The position numbers and the translations under genes were made by a program. 64,000 bases of DNA, from positions 28,024,001 to 28,088,000 of the forward strand of contig CM114271.1 in assembly GCA_050084515.1 (NCBI GenBank). The letters run 5' to 3'. Positions 1-13,341 of this stretch are shown here, in pieces. Every line of letters begins with the position of its first letter. Within the stretch, counting starts at the first letter, position 1. The notes beneath the pieces are model-generated. The model was not told the origin of the DNA, ran no database searches, and saw only the letters and a program-made list of their open reading frames with translations. The stretch comes from Blasia pusilla. Taxonomy: Eukaryota.

Positions 1-88
1 AGCGCAAACCTCGCGGCATGAGTTCCTTTGAGTTCTGATGTTTCGCTTGGCGCGTATTTGGTGTTGTTTGGTTATGAGGGTCGCGACA
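1..88 (+). mobile_element. 3' end of an LTR of family A (runs off the window)
   Basis: GTTCTGATGTTTCGCTTGGCGC...TTTGGTTATGAGGGTCGCGACA closely matches the end of the solo LTR at 14623-15625 (GTTCTGATGTTCCGCTTTGGCGCTCGTTTGGTCATGAGGGTCGTAACA); ends in CA. Confidence 0.7.
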
Positions 89-696
89 ACCTGGGAGTTA
101 GAGGGACGTTACTTCCAGTTAGGGGGGCGAGTTGTGGTACACTTGTGTTTGTGGATGCTCTCGTCTATGTTATGTATGTATGTGAGTATGGTATGTCAGC
201 GATGTATGTTGTATGACGATATGGATTCGCACGACAGCTGTCATGACCATACGGATTATGTCGTAGAGTATAGTGTGCTAGTAGAGGCCATACCTTATAT
301 AGGGCCGCAGTGTTTAGGTAGAGATGTGATTTCATACATAGGGTTGGGGGTTACTCAGTTGAGGGAGAGTTTTCCAGTAGGGCCCGCTCTTAGGTTGGAG
401 GATATAAGGTGGAGCAATTCTTTGAGTTGAGCCTGTTGCGTTGGGAATTAGCCTTGGTAGTGAGTAGAGCTCTTGGCTATGGTGTTTCCCGCAAGCTTTG
501 ACCTAGATTCTCCCATCGTGGAGTGGGTTTGGCTCGATTGTATGTGATTCTATACGTGTTTTATGACAGTAGGTCTTTCACGGATTTCAAGTTGTGGTAC
601 ACTTGTGTTTGTGGATGCTCTTGTCTTTGTTATGTATGTATGTGAGTATGGTATGTCAGCGATGTATGTTGTATGACGATGTGGATTCGCACGACA
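89..696 (+). repeat. Two adjacent LTR-like units (89-236 partial; 239-696 TG...CA) sharing a ~105-bp terminal direct repeat
   Basis: ~131-236 and ~591-696 are near-identical and both end GCACGACA; the second unit starts TGTCATGAC; the GCACGACA terminus resembles solo-LTR family B. Confidence 0.55.
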
Positions 697-3554
697 ACCC
701 GAGGATGAATAGGCGCAAGGAGAGGATAAAATACCAACTCATTGTTTATAGACAACTACCCTGGTCATATAATTACGACAACAATTAGCATAGATTGTCT
801 AATATCCAATGATGTGTTAAAAATGTATAAATCATGTAGCACTCAATCATAAGTGACTATTATTTTCATGCAATGATTGATAATAAATAATCAGGTTGTA
901 TGATAATGATTACAATTCATTCATGTAGTTGTTGCATTACAACTTTGCATATCTAAATGAGTGAAAATTTTATGACTATGAAAGGCATATTGGGTTGTCA
1001 TGTTATGACTAGGAATGTCTTACAAAGTTGTCACATTATGAATATACAAGTTATAGCATTATGTATGCGAATGATTGAATTAGTTTTCTTTGGCAAAGAA
1101 TGATTAGAGTAGTAATTTTATAATCACTAATGAATTGAGTTCTTAATGAATGTTAGTCCTCATGTAATAACTTGAAGGTATTTGACTCTTATGGTTATAT
1201 TGTAGAACTCATCTTGTCATTGTGGACTACACCCGGAGTCATTTTAGTAGGACTAGAGTTACTTCATGATGCATTTAGTGTGGTTTTTTGCATGTATTAT
1301 CAGCTCAAAATGGTGGATGACTATATAATAAAGAATTGTCTTCCACAAATAAAAACCTTCATTAAAAAATCCCAATAGAACTTGCTTGATATAAATGAAT
1401 TAAGTAATGTAAACATGTTGTAATTATTGGAACTCATAACAAATACAATTACATTTGAGTTTAAGAAGCTATAGAGCCAAAAATTTAATTGAAAAAAATC
1501 AGATTATGTAAGATAAAACTTGTGATAAGCCATAACAAAATTCAAAATTGGACCATATATCTTTGATAATTAAAGATCTAATGCAACACCTTCCTCGTAT
1601 GCATTTTAGGCTAAAGCATGCTTGTCCCCAATGCATCCGCAAAAGTCAATTTTAGTACTTTTTCCTCTATGGTTCACAATCCATAACATCTATCAAATCT
1701 ACTTGCACGATGCCTATGCGCATGATGGCACGAAAACAGGCTTGTCTGTCCATGGGAAAAATATGTCCATAGATATGCCCAACGAGTCCCCTACACATGG
1801 TTTTTTTGTATCCTAGTGGCCCAGGAGAATGGATCGGAGCTCAAATGAAGGGAGGTGACCAATGATTGAATGGGTGTATAGGCTATGAGCTCCTATTTGG
1901 TCTGCACCTAGCGTGCAAGGCCCACTCTAAGCCCACATGTTATGGGCCCTATGCGGGCCAAGTGGGCTCGGTGCAGGCCTCTACGCTTGCACCGAGCCCA
2001 CTTGAATTATTCCTTGCCTCTAAACTAAAAAAGAATCCAAAGTCAAGCACCATCCTACTCAACTTTAGTTTAGCGAGAAGGACATAGTTGCCAATACATA
2101 ACTACTAATAACCACACAAACAACAAGACTATTAAATATTAGTCAATGGAATGTTACTACTCTGATGAAGCTTCATGACAAAAGAAATGGTTTACCTTTT
2201 TTAAAGGACCACCCTCATAACGTGGAAATGTCACAAGTCCTACATGTTGTGCGCATACATGCACATCGCTAGTCACATCTACACAACACTATTTTTCCCA
2301 ACCACGGATAAACCCACACATGCAAACAAAATACACTCATGTATCTACACCAAGCTAGATCATGCCTTAAAATCAAAGTAAAAGTGGCTCACACAGTCAA
2401 CTCCACTCTCAAATCTACATCAGCATATCGAGCCACATCCACCCTCAACCATGACGAAATCTAGAATCTAGCATACAAGCTTCTACAATACTTAAGCAAG
2501 AGAAGTATTCCAAAGGCTTAACATGAGAAAGATGGCTTGAGACAACTATCCCTCTATCTCTTCTACTCTTGGGAAGCGGCGAACATCTTTCCCCCAAAAA
2601 ACCCCCAAATGGTAACTTCTGTGCATGGATTATCAAGTGACCGTTGACTCAATAAAAAAAACTATCTAACAAAAAATAGCAAAAGAGGGGGATTTGTAGA
2701 AATGATAATCCCAATACAACAAACTTATCAAAAACTTCATCTGACACCTTAGGAAAAAATTATGCCTTAACAACTTGCTAACCCTATATATTGTCGATAT
2801 GGTAGAACCATACCCATCCACTAACTAAGATATGATAATTATCGTGTGCATACATATCGCTAGATAATCAGCATTGTAGGTCATATCAACACAATATAAA
2901 ACACCAATCATCCCAACATACGAGTAGATTTACACACAAACAAAATACACTCACGCATGTACACAAGACCAAGCAACCACCCCCTTCATAGGCACTTGGA
3001 TCCACCTAACGCTAGATGGTAGACATCATATCTATTTGACATAATCTACTACCCTATACGTATCTAGCATCGTTGGTGTCATCGTACCTAAAAAATCTCC
3101 CAAATAACACATGCTTATCCTAAGATCCATCTCATCTACCTTAACTTAGAGATATTGATGTTTACTCATGGTGAGCTCGAGTGATTGAGTGTGCATGAGG
3201 TTGGGTGTGTTATCACAAAATTTGCATTAGCGTAGGTGAGCTACTAAGAATTGTGGGAGACTCTTTGTGAGTCTAAGCGCTTGAGCATGAGAGACACGCA
3301 AGGTTGAACAGAAACAGACAAGTTTAGATATGTCCACAAACATGGAAAACCGATCGCCAATTCGAGTTTTTTTGGCGTGTGAGTCAACCGCTCGGGCTCT
3401 GCTCTTGGGAACAAGTGCGGGCTCAAATGAAGGGTGACATCCAAGGGCCGCTTTGAAGGCCGGGAATGGGCGTAATGTGGGCTCCCTCGCAGACCCTGCG
3501 GGATGAGGGCTAGCCAACATCAAAGAATAAAGGGGGGAAGTGGATCTCCATGAG

Positions 3555-5880
3555 GCATAAAAGACGTCGGAAGACTCTTGATATGCGTATGATAGTCATA
3601 TGCATTGGAGCACTCATAAGATTCCGTAAACAGTAGGGCATTAGTTGTTGCATGAAAATATGAAAATCGTGGGACTTCAAGCAACTTTTTTTTTTCTTAA
3701 GATATGTTTCTATAAGACACTAGCATACCCACTCGGGACTTTTAAGGTTTGAACTCTTGCCATGAATATTCTAGCCTCATGTGATGTCAATACGTAGTCT
3801 GCCTTGGGTTTCAACTTAACTCCTATTCTACTAGGATGAGGTTGGAGCCATAAATGTGGCCTAATCCCTATAACTTCCATATCAACTCTAACATGGGTGG
3901 AATTCTTTTTCTTAAGCCCGAAAATGGTTTTCAAGGTATTTTCGACCACATTTTTTTCACAATGCATCACATTGAGTGTGTAGCGAATCAACAAGTCTTG
4001 AAAAATGAACAAGTATTCTTGAAAGTTGTAGTCATAGTATAATAGAATTGTATGACTGAATAGAAATATTTAGATAGCTCTATTGCAAAGGCATGGCCTA
4101 TCATAGCTCACATTCCAATAAGGCAAATCAAATAGTATGCTCCTTCGTGCCACTCCATATACTTTATATGGATCTAGTAGGGGCTCGTCATTCCTCCTTT
4201 GCTTCAGTTTTGGACCCTCATCATACTTCGGCTTCAATTCAGCCCATGCTAATATATTAGAGCTTGATACCCCAGTTGGTGCTACACGATATTCAATCTT
4301 GCAATTGAAATGAACTTTCATTCGACTCCTATATGCATGGTTTCTTTCCACATAGCGTCGATGACCTTGAAATATAAGCTTATGTAAGGACTTAGAGTAA
4401 TACGAGTCCACTTGTGGTCCAAAATCGAACAAGCAAGATTTCCTTTCGTGGCTTGATCAGAAACTACACCCAATCTCGGATAGTCACGGATTGTCCATAT
4501 GATAATGGCTCTGAGAATGAAATGCTTATCAGGAAAGTGACTACTACTATCATAAGCTAAAACACCCTTCCATAATATTCCTAACTCTTCTACAAGGGGA
4601 GCTAGGTAGACATCCAAGTTAGTAGATGTAACTGACTCCTTACGAGGAATTATAAGAGCTAGCTGAAGGAAGAACTTCTTGGTACAAAGCCAAGGTGGGA
4701 GATTATAATTGATCAAAACCACCGGCCAAGTTGACCAAACACTTATTTTTTCACTAAATGGATTCACCCCATCTAATGCTAATCCAAGCCGACAGTTATA
4801 GGGCTCAAGATAGAAATCTGGCCACAACTCACCTATTTTCCTCCATTGTTTTGAATCCCCTCTTTGCCTCACCAATCCATCTACACTCTTATTGTTGGCT
4901 GTCCATGACATTAACTCAGACATACTCTTGCATTTATACATCCGTTTAAGCCTGGGAATGATTGGAAAGTGTCGAAGAACTTTTATTGCAATTTTTTACT
5001 TTCCAACTTCCTTAAACCGTTTTGCACCACACTTGAAACATTCATCCAAGTCCTTGTGCAATCCTCGGAAGAGCATACATCCACTTGGACATGCATGTAT
5101 CTAGACATAGTTCAATCCCAACTTTGTAATGAGCTTCTTGGCTGCGTAGTGATTTTTTGGCGCTATGTTGTTGAGGGGTAAGACTTGAACCGCCAAAAAT
5201 CTTAAAAGTTCATCTACAACTATGTTTGGGATACTATATGCACCAAAAATATTCAAAAATAACGTTGTGAATGCTAGCTTAGTGCTTCTACTTCCCACAA
5301 ATAAAGGCTCACATGCTTCTTGGAATGCGTCACAATTGGCATTCCAATCATCATCACCATCCTATACTTCATCTTCACTTGCTCCACACTCAAGAGGAGC
5401 ATCTTCCTCATTATCCTCTGGTGAAGATCGTGGGTTGTTTGTGGTGGGCTCATTATGTCTATTTTCAAGCTCATGGAATGCTTCATTTATCATCCTATGG
5501 ATCTCTATGTCTTCATCAAAATCAATCGATAAAGGAGGTGGAATATTGTCCTTATTAACTAGAGTTGGAGGTTGGAAATCCTCTCTAAACAAGTCATGGT
5601 TGCTGTGTTGGGATGATTCCCACTCAACATCGAAGGAGTCATAGTCATTAATATTCTTCCAAATTTGATTTGGAGGATATATCTTGTATAAAATGAGATG
5701 TTTTTTTGACTACGTGCAAGAGACGGAATTTAATTCCTCTGCACTTGTTACAAGGGCATCTGATTTTCTTCAGCTTGAGGATCCTAGCTGCCTCCTTCTC
5801 TCTTCGCCCAAGCTTCTCGTCATGGGCAAAAATCTATCTATGATCATTTACGTTTGGCCTATTTCCTTGAGAAAGTAGAC
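3555..5880 (-). pseudogene. CACTA TnpD-like transposase (Transposase_21 region), frameshifted and 3'-truncated
   Basis: Motifs YHACPSGC, CRLGLALDGVNPF, STWPVVLINYNLPPWLC, LDVYLAPLVEEL, SILFDLPYW, VMHCEKNV, LKVPSGY spread over ORFs 3710-4012, 4070-4432, 4318-4941, 5101-5298. Confidence 0.93.
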
Positions 5881-6924
5881 CACCTCTTGATATTTGCATT
5901 CTAGCAAGCTATCAACATTTCAGTTGATTCAATTATTTAATTTTGGCTCGTATATATTCAGTTATGTTCTTAATTCTTTCTCTGTCACCCCTTCTTTCTC
6001 TCAAGTGGACTACGCATCTTCTTTGTCATTCTTAAGCATCCAATAATATTATGGAGGTGAAAGTTATTGCAAAGAGAGGTCTCTATGCAAGGATACTTAC
6101 TAATAGAAGATCGCTCGAGGTAGCTAGAGGTTGATGTCAAGTCCTCTGCCTTCTTGTAGCCTCCTTCAATAACTCCCAAATGTATAACTTGCTTGTAAGA
6201 TTTGTGGGTACACTCCCAATGTCTCGTTAACATTAAGCTAATATATGCTGTAATAGAACTTCTCTTACTCAAAACTATTTCTCTACTGTAAAATATATGA
6301 CAACAAAATCACATTATATATCTACATCCTTGGGCGACCCTATTTGCCACAAGAAAGAACAGACTGACTCAGATTTCAAATCCATTTCCATGCTCAACTT
6401 GTCTCCTTCTCCGTAACTTCGATATAACCTACGTCGAATGTGTGACACTTGCATGGATTCGTTCCTTGTCACACTGCCTCATTTTTTTCTTGACATAGTG
6501 GCGAGAGTTTGGTGCAATCAATCTCCGTGAGCCATTTGATCTCACGGATCGTCCATTGTCCCTGCTCTTCGTTTGCTTGTGGGAAAGATCCTTGACACTG
6601 ATCATATCTTGGACTTCCTCCCGCGAGGTTTCTAACGCTGGTTGTTCTGTGGTAGTCATGAGTGCAATGTTCACTCGATGTACTGGTCTATGTGCTCAGG
6701 AAGTGGGAATGGGGAAAACAATTAGATAGGGTATGCTTTTCTCTAGAGAAAACAAAGTCCCGTCTATGGAGTCAGAGGGAGGTCAGAGCTTGAGAATCGT
6801 CCCTGGCTTTTGCCTGTTCCATGGTTAGGCAGTATCGTTCAGGGAGGTGTAGCCCGATTTTGCTGGGGAGCTCTTGGTCCTTGAGTAGAGAGAGAAGGGT
6901 ATGAAGTAGGGAGACTCTAAAAAC

Positions 6925-7941
6925 GTGGTTGGAATTAGACAGAAAAGTTGGACCATCTCTAAGTTGGAAGTGGCATCCATCACCACACGGTTCTCTGAAC
7001 TAGAAGGAAAATGGGAAAACTTTCAGGCCAACCAGATGTTGGCATGGAATACAATGATGCAGGCAGTAAAAGAAGAGCGGGGCAGATGGATGTCCAGCAA
7101 GGAATCGAACCTCCTCGAATGGACGGCTCAGAAGACAACTCTAGAATTAGAGCTCGCCGCTTTGAGGGCTGAAAACATGCAATTGAAGAAGGACTTAGTT
7201 GCCTGCTTCAAAGAGGATAACACTCAGCTTGGGAAAGTAATGCAAGAGTATCGTTTAACTGGGAACAACCCTGCAAATCCTGTTAGAACGTGGATTGAAG
7301 TAGTGGGCAAGCACACGATCACAACACAAATCACGGAGGTTGCAACACAGGTAGCCAAAGAGATAGCAAAAGAGGAAGCAGATAGGGGCCTAGGAATCCA
7401 GGATAGGAAAACCAGAGAACTCAATTTAGTTATCATGGGACTGCACTTTTCCAAGGAAGAAGATTGTAATTCAGTTTTGCAAGAGAAGGTCTTCACAACT
7501 CTCGGGGTCATACAAAAAATCACCTTCACAAGGATCAAACTTGGGAAAGGAACATGGGACCGACCACCACCAATGTTGGTAAAATTTGATCCCTCACAAC
7601 GGGGACCAACGATAAAAACAAGATTGGCCATCCTCCGGAATAAAGCAGTCCTGAAAGGATTTGCTATCCGTATCTTCCCAGATCTGACCACCAAGCAAAG
7701 AGCAGCACTCCCTATTGAAAGGGAGAAGGTTCTGGTTGCCCGCAACAACGGTCTTTGGAGTGAACTTAGGGAAGGAAAGGCCACGACACCAGTATCTAGG
7801 AGAAACAAAAATGCAACACCAACACGACAAATAGAAGGGGAAATGAGCGAAAACTCGGATTCCAACCAGGGAATTAGCAATTCTACAACTCAGAACCATG
7901 ACTTGGAGGTGACAAACCTCCATGACAAGACCTCCCTATAG
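6925..7941 (+). CDS. LINE ORF1-like protein (coiled coil plus RRM-like region); true start uncertain
   Basis: 338-codon open frame directly upstream of the endonuclease; heptad-like N-half; RELNLVIMGL...RPPPMLVKF...IRIFPDLT motifs typical of LINE ORF1p. Confidence 0.75.
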   Translation: MVGIRQKSWTISKLEVASITTRFSELEGKWENFQANQMLAWNTMMQAVKEERGRWMSSKESNLLEWTAQKTTLELELAALRAENMQLKKDLVACFKEDNTQLGKVMQEYRLTGNNPANPVRTWIEVVGKHTITTQITEVATQVAKEIAKEEADRGLGIQDRKTRELNLVIMGLHFSKEEDCNSVLQEKVFTTLGVIQKITFTRIKLGKGTWDRPPPMLVKFDPSQRGPTIKTRLAILRNKAVLKGFAIRIFPDLTTKQRAALPIEREKVLVARNNGLWSELREGKATTPVSRRNKNATPTRQIEGEMSENSDSNQGISNSTTQNHDLEVTNLHDKTSL

Positions 7942-8355
7942 GGAATGGAGGATGGGAAGGATATTACCAACCCATCTATTCAGGAAATTTTTCACAATTG
8001 TGGAGGACCATTCTGGTCCAGAGGCAATGGCATTACATATCTGGGCACAAAACTAGACCTTATCTTTTTTTCTTAAATACATGAACATGATTCCAACCGC
8101 ATTCCCAACATAGAGGACTTCCAGGTTTTTGCTATCCACAACCCACTCACAAACAGCAAAAGCAAAGGACACGGTGGCGTGGCATGCTTGGTAGCACCAT
8201 GGTTAAAACCTTTTGTCTCCATAGCCAACATTGATGAGGAGAAATACTTCCTCTGGATCAAGGTCAACAAAGAAGTGGGGTTACCGAAAGATCTCCTCAT
8301 TGCTGTTTGCTACTTCAGTCCCACTGTGCTCAAAAGAGAATTCTCGTATGAGGCT

Positions 8356-8799
8356 TGTGAGAAAACAGAAAGTGACGAAATCACTGAAAGCTTTACAAAA
8401 CTTAGAGATACAAAGTGGCCTAGTCCGTCCGTGTGCTCACAGAAGTGCTTTGATGGAACTGAACATGGAGATAACTCGACATACGAGAATGCGCTACCGC
8501 TGCGGCTCCCGACTATTTGACTACTCGGGAAAACTAGGGTTTTTACCTATTTTTCTTCGTTTCTATTAATAGAAAAAATTTACTAGGTTTATCTAATCCT
8601 ATATTGCATCAGGGTGCCCCGCATCCTGATGCAATATAGGATTAGATAAACCTAGTAATGCTACTCCTAAAACCACCTACGTCATATTAGTATGACTCCT
8701 TCGACGTCTAAGTCGGAACCATCAATCTAGGCTTCTCCTCATACAAGGGGGCCGATTAGATTAATGGTGCTTAGAGAAGTGGATGTTGAGAATCCAACA
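8356..8799 (-). repeat. copia 3' LTR
   Basis: Direct repeat of 12898-13341 (about 13 substitutions by eye, no indels); adjacent polypurine tract TTGAGGGGGGG on minus at ~8800-8810. Confidence 0.97.
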
Positions 8800-8809
8800 C
8801 CCCCCCTCA

Positions 8810-11800
8810 ATATCCATTCTCATATAGACTACTGTCTTGGACCTATGCCAAGACCCTTCATATTGTCGGTGAAGCTGATCTCCGCTCAAAGCTTTCGTGA
8901 AGATGTCTGCACGGTTATCCTCTATTGGACAATAGACTAACTTCAAAACCCCTCTCTCAATCAATTCACGAACAAAGTGATAGTGGATCTCTATGTGCTT
9001 CGTACGAGCATGAAACACATGATTATTTGCTATGGCAATGCAACTTTGATTGTCACACCACATTACAGTAGCATTTTCTGGTGCTTCTCCTATGTCCTCC
9101 AATATCCATCTCAACCACACTGCTTCACAAGAAGCATAACAAGCCGCCTTGTACTCTGCCTCGGTAGAAGAAATAGCCACTGTAGGTTGCTTCTTGCTGA
9201 CCCATGACACCACACCTGATCCTACCAAGAAGCAATAACTCGAAACTGATCTTCAAGAATATGAATCTCATGCCCAATCCGAGTCACAAAAACCTGTCAT
9301 TTCCGTCCCTGCTCCATAGGTGATGCCGTACTCGATAGTGCCTTTGATGTACTTTAATACACGCATCCCTGCCTTCCAATGTTTCTCACGAGGCTTAGTT
9401 GAGAACCTACTCAACACTCCCACAACGAAGCTAATGTCTGGTCTAGTGTTACACAAAAATATCAAACTGCGTACAAGCTTTCTGTACAACTTTTCATCTA
9501 CCAATGGTGAAACATCCTTCATCGAGAGTTTAAACTCTACCTCCATTGGCGAGACCAGTGCCTTACACTCGGTCATCCCAAATGCCTTCAAGATTTCTCT
9601 AGCATACTTCTACCGAGAGAGAAAAATAGAATCTGACTATTGCCTATAAAGTAGTGTAGAAGACCTAAATCTGACATTTCAAACTCAGATTTCAACACTC
9701 TCTTCATTTCCTCTATTTTCTTACAGTGGTCTCCTATGATGATAAGATCATCCACATACAGGACTATCAACATATACATCCCATCTTCGCAAAACACATA
9801 CAAATTTGCTTCTGACGGACTCTTGATGAGACCCTTCCCTCGAAAGAATGTATCTATTCATTGATACCATACCCTTGGGGCTTGCTTCAACCCATACAAT
9901 GCTCAATGAAGTAAAGAAACTTTCTCTTCTGATCCGGGTGTCTCAAAACCTGGTGGTTGAGAAACATATACCTCCTCCTTAAGATTCTCGTTCAGAAAGG
10001 TAGACTTCACATCGTATTGGTATACAGGCCAACGTCTTGTTCCTGCAACCGCTAGAACAATTTGAATGGTTGTCATCCTTGCAGTAGGAGCAAAAATCTC
10101 ATAGTAGTCAAAACCTTCGATTTGTGAGCATCCTTGTACAACCAACCTCGCTTTGAATTTATCAATGTACCGTCCGACTTGTACTTGGTCTTGTACACCC
10201 ACTTGGTGCGTATTATCTTCCTATCCTTTGGCTTTTTAACCAAAGTCCAAGTTTCATTTCTCTGAATAGCGTCCATCTCCATCTGCATGGCCTCTCTCCA
10301 TTGAGGATGGGCAAGGGCCTCATCCAAGCATGATGGCTCTTCCACCTTTAAGACCTCTTTCAACAAGGCCATGTTGACGAGATGTGGGGAAGCTCTATTC
10401 TGCTCCTCTAGTCTCTTGGATCTCCTTGGATGTGTAACAACTTCATCAGTTGCTAGTGGATCCTTACCATCCAAGAGCTGCTTTATCCACTTAGGGTATG
10501 ACGACCGTAGTGGAAGAGCAGGTTGCTCTTTGTAATCATCACCAAATTCTTCTTCTTGATGATCTTGTGTAAACATTGGTGGTGTGCTGTGGTGGGTTAT
10601 CTCTTCGTTTGATGATAATGTGGACGGACCACTGATATCCGCCACTTGACGAGGCTGTTCGTGGAACACCACATCACAACTCACAAGCATCTTCTTTTCC
10701 TCAGGACAACAAAGGCGATAAGCTTTAGACTCATCAATGTATCCCATAAAGATGCACTTCCTGCTCTTGGACTCCAGCTTGGTCCTAGATGCTTTAGGAA
10801 TATGTACAAAACACTCACTACCAAAAGTCCTGAAATGTTGGACTGATGGTACCTTACCTGAGTATGATTGATGAGGAGTCATGCCTTGCACTGACTTGGT
10901 AGCACTTCTATTTAGAATGTATACGGCAGTATTAACAACTTCAGCCCAAAATCCTTCTGTCAAACCTTTGGCTTTCATCATACATCTTGCCATCTCCACC
11001 ATTGTACGGTTTCAACGCTCAACAACTCCATTTTGTTGTGGTGTATGTGCCGTGGTTAACTGTTGCTTGATTCCATGCTCCCCCAAATATTTGTTGAATT
11101 CTGTTGATAAGAATTCTCCTCCTCGATCGGTGCGAAGCTTTTGTACCTTCTTTCCTGTCTCATTCTCAACCAGCTTGTGCCATACTTTTAATTTTCTAAA
11201 AGCACTTGCCTTATCACGAAGGAAATACACCCATATCTTCCTACTATAATAGTTGACAACTAAAAAGAAGTAAGAAGAACCACCTAATGCCACTGTTATC
11301 ATTTTACCACAGGGGTCAACATGTATCAACTCTAGAGGAGCCTTTACTCTATTGCTGGACTCTTGTGGAAATGGTTGTCGGTGTTGCTTGCCCATCATAC
11401 AAGCTTCACAAGTATCAGACACTCCAGAATTTATTGGTAAATCAGCAACCATGCCAGATTTCAGCATCTGACTTAGTAAGGGAAAGCTTAGGTGACCAAA
11501 TTTTTCATGCCACAACTTACTGCTACTCAGATCTGTACCTACACTTGTCGTGAAAGCATACAACTCGTAGATATTTTCACGTCGTATACCTTCACCCACT
11601 ACTTTCCCATTGGCATCCTCAATGATTGCTCCAGTTTTCTTGAAACGAACGTCTAGGTCACGATCGCATAATACTGCCACTGAAATCAAATTTCGCTTCA
11701 ACTCTGGTACGTACAATACATAAGTTAACTTCTTTTCATCTTCTTTTTGTGAGACTAAAGAAATTGTGCCTTTCCCTTCTACATGGCACTTTGCATTATT

Positions 11801-12825
11801 CCCAACAGTAACAACGATGGGCTCTTGCAGAGGTTGTAAGGAGCTATACCAATCCTTATGATTGGTCATATGCCTAGATGCTCCACTATCGAGCACCCAT
11901 GCATCTTCACTCTTTGACTTAGTGGAATGTTCTGCCTGTGTGCAAAACTCTTATATTGCTACCCAAGCATCTACTTCATGTTCTCCTAGTTCTACAGAAT
12001 TTCCAGACTCCTTCTTAGGTCTTAAACAACCGTTCTTCTCATCCTGACTCCTCTTTCTACAATCTTTGATAAGATGACCTAGCCACAATAAAAGCATTTG
12101 AAGTCTTTTCTTGGAAATTTCTTCTTGACATTTGAATTGTAATCCTGATTTCTACCTCTCTGCAGTAAATGCAGCATCACTTCCCTCTCTTGCTTTAAAG
12201 CGCATTTCCTCTTCTACCAACATTGCACTAAATTGATCAAAAGTAAGCGGCGTGGGTCTTACTTGAGTATTCAATGTAGTGACCAAACTGTCATACCTTA
12301 GAGGCAAAATCCTTATGCACTGACATGCCAAATCTTCGCTAGACTTTTAAATTCCTACGGACGCCATTTGATCTTGAAGATTCTTGATCCTTGTCAAAAT
12401 TTGCTCTACGCTTTCTCTTTCTGAAAATTTCTCAGACGTAAGCTGATTCTCCGGATTCTGAATCCGAGTCTCATTCCTCGTTTCATACTGATTCTTCGAA
12501 ATGTTCCACGCCTCAGTAGCAGTGGTTGTATGTTGAATGAGAGTCATGACAGAATCAGTTACATTCGTGACAATCGCATATAGAGCATCAGCGTTTCTAT
12601 GTCTCCATGCCAACAATACAACAGGATCGATATCCCCAGATGAAGACGAACATGCAGAACTCAAAGTAGCTTGTGGATTTGATCGACTTCTGTGGCCGTT
12701 TCCCAGACCTCAAATGATTCGAGGACAGTTCTCATTTTGAACTTCCACAACGTATAGTTAGACCCGTCTAACTTCCCTTCACCCAGCGGAGGATGGCGAG
12801 CACGAACTGACGAAGAAGTAGCCAT
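8810..12825 (-). pseudogene. copia gag-pol polyprotein, multiple frameshifts/stops
   Basis: KLDGSNYTLWKFKM (gag), WVLDSGAS (protease), LRTDRGGEF and TPQQNGVVER (integrase), KARLVVQG and LYVDD (RT), SSTEAEY and ADIFTKAL (RNase H). Confidence 0.95.
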
Positions 12826-12885
12826 CTCTCAAGATTTTGTGCAAACACACTAGATCGCGAGATACAAAATACTGGAAAACTTATC

Positions 12886-12897
12886 GCTCTGATACCA
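12886..12897 (-). other. Primer binding site complementary to initiator tRNA-Met
   Basis: TGGTATCAGAGC on minus, immediately inside the 5' LTR. Confidence 0.93.
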
Positions 12898-13341
12898 TGT
12901 GAGAAAACAAAAAGTGACGAAATCACTGAAATCTTGACAAAACTTAGAGATACAAAGTGGCCTAGTCCGTCCGTGCGCTCACAGAAGAGCTTCGATGGAA
13001 CTGAACATGGAGATAACTCGACATACGAGAATGCGCTACCCCTGCGGCTCCCGACTATTTGACTACTCGAGAAAACTAGGGTTTTTACCTATTTTTCTTC
13101 ATTTCTATTAATAGAAAAAATTTACTAGGTTTATCTAATCCTATATTGCATCAGGGTGCCCCGCATCTTGATGCAATATAGGGTTAGATAAACCTAGTAA
13201 CGCTACTCCTAAAACCACCTACGTCATATTAGTATGACTCATTCGACGTCTAAGTCGGAACCATCAATCTAGGCTTCTCCTCATACAAGGGGGCCGATTA
13301 GATTAATGGTGCTTAGAGAAGTGGATGTTGAGAATCCAACA
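12898..13341 (-). repeat. copia 5' LTR
   Basis: Direct repeat of 8356-8799; followed by the PBS in element orientation. Confidence 0.97.

Larger units (their letters stand above)
8356..13341 (-). mobile_element. Full-length Ty1/copia LTR retrotransposon (4986 bp), antisense to its host LINE
   Basis: Two 444-bp LTRs TG...CA; 5-bp TSD AGGCT at 8351-8355 and 13342-13346; PBS and PPT present; gag-PR-INT-RT-RH domain order. Confidence 0.97.

Noticed and set aside
6740-6746. TCTCTAG as possible LINE TSD matching 17088-17094
   Set aside because: Low-complexity 7-mer; the LINE 5' boundary cannot be fixed without other copies.
7224-7880. 218-aa minus-strand ORF
   Set aside because: Antisense shadow of LINE ORF1 with no recognisable motifs.
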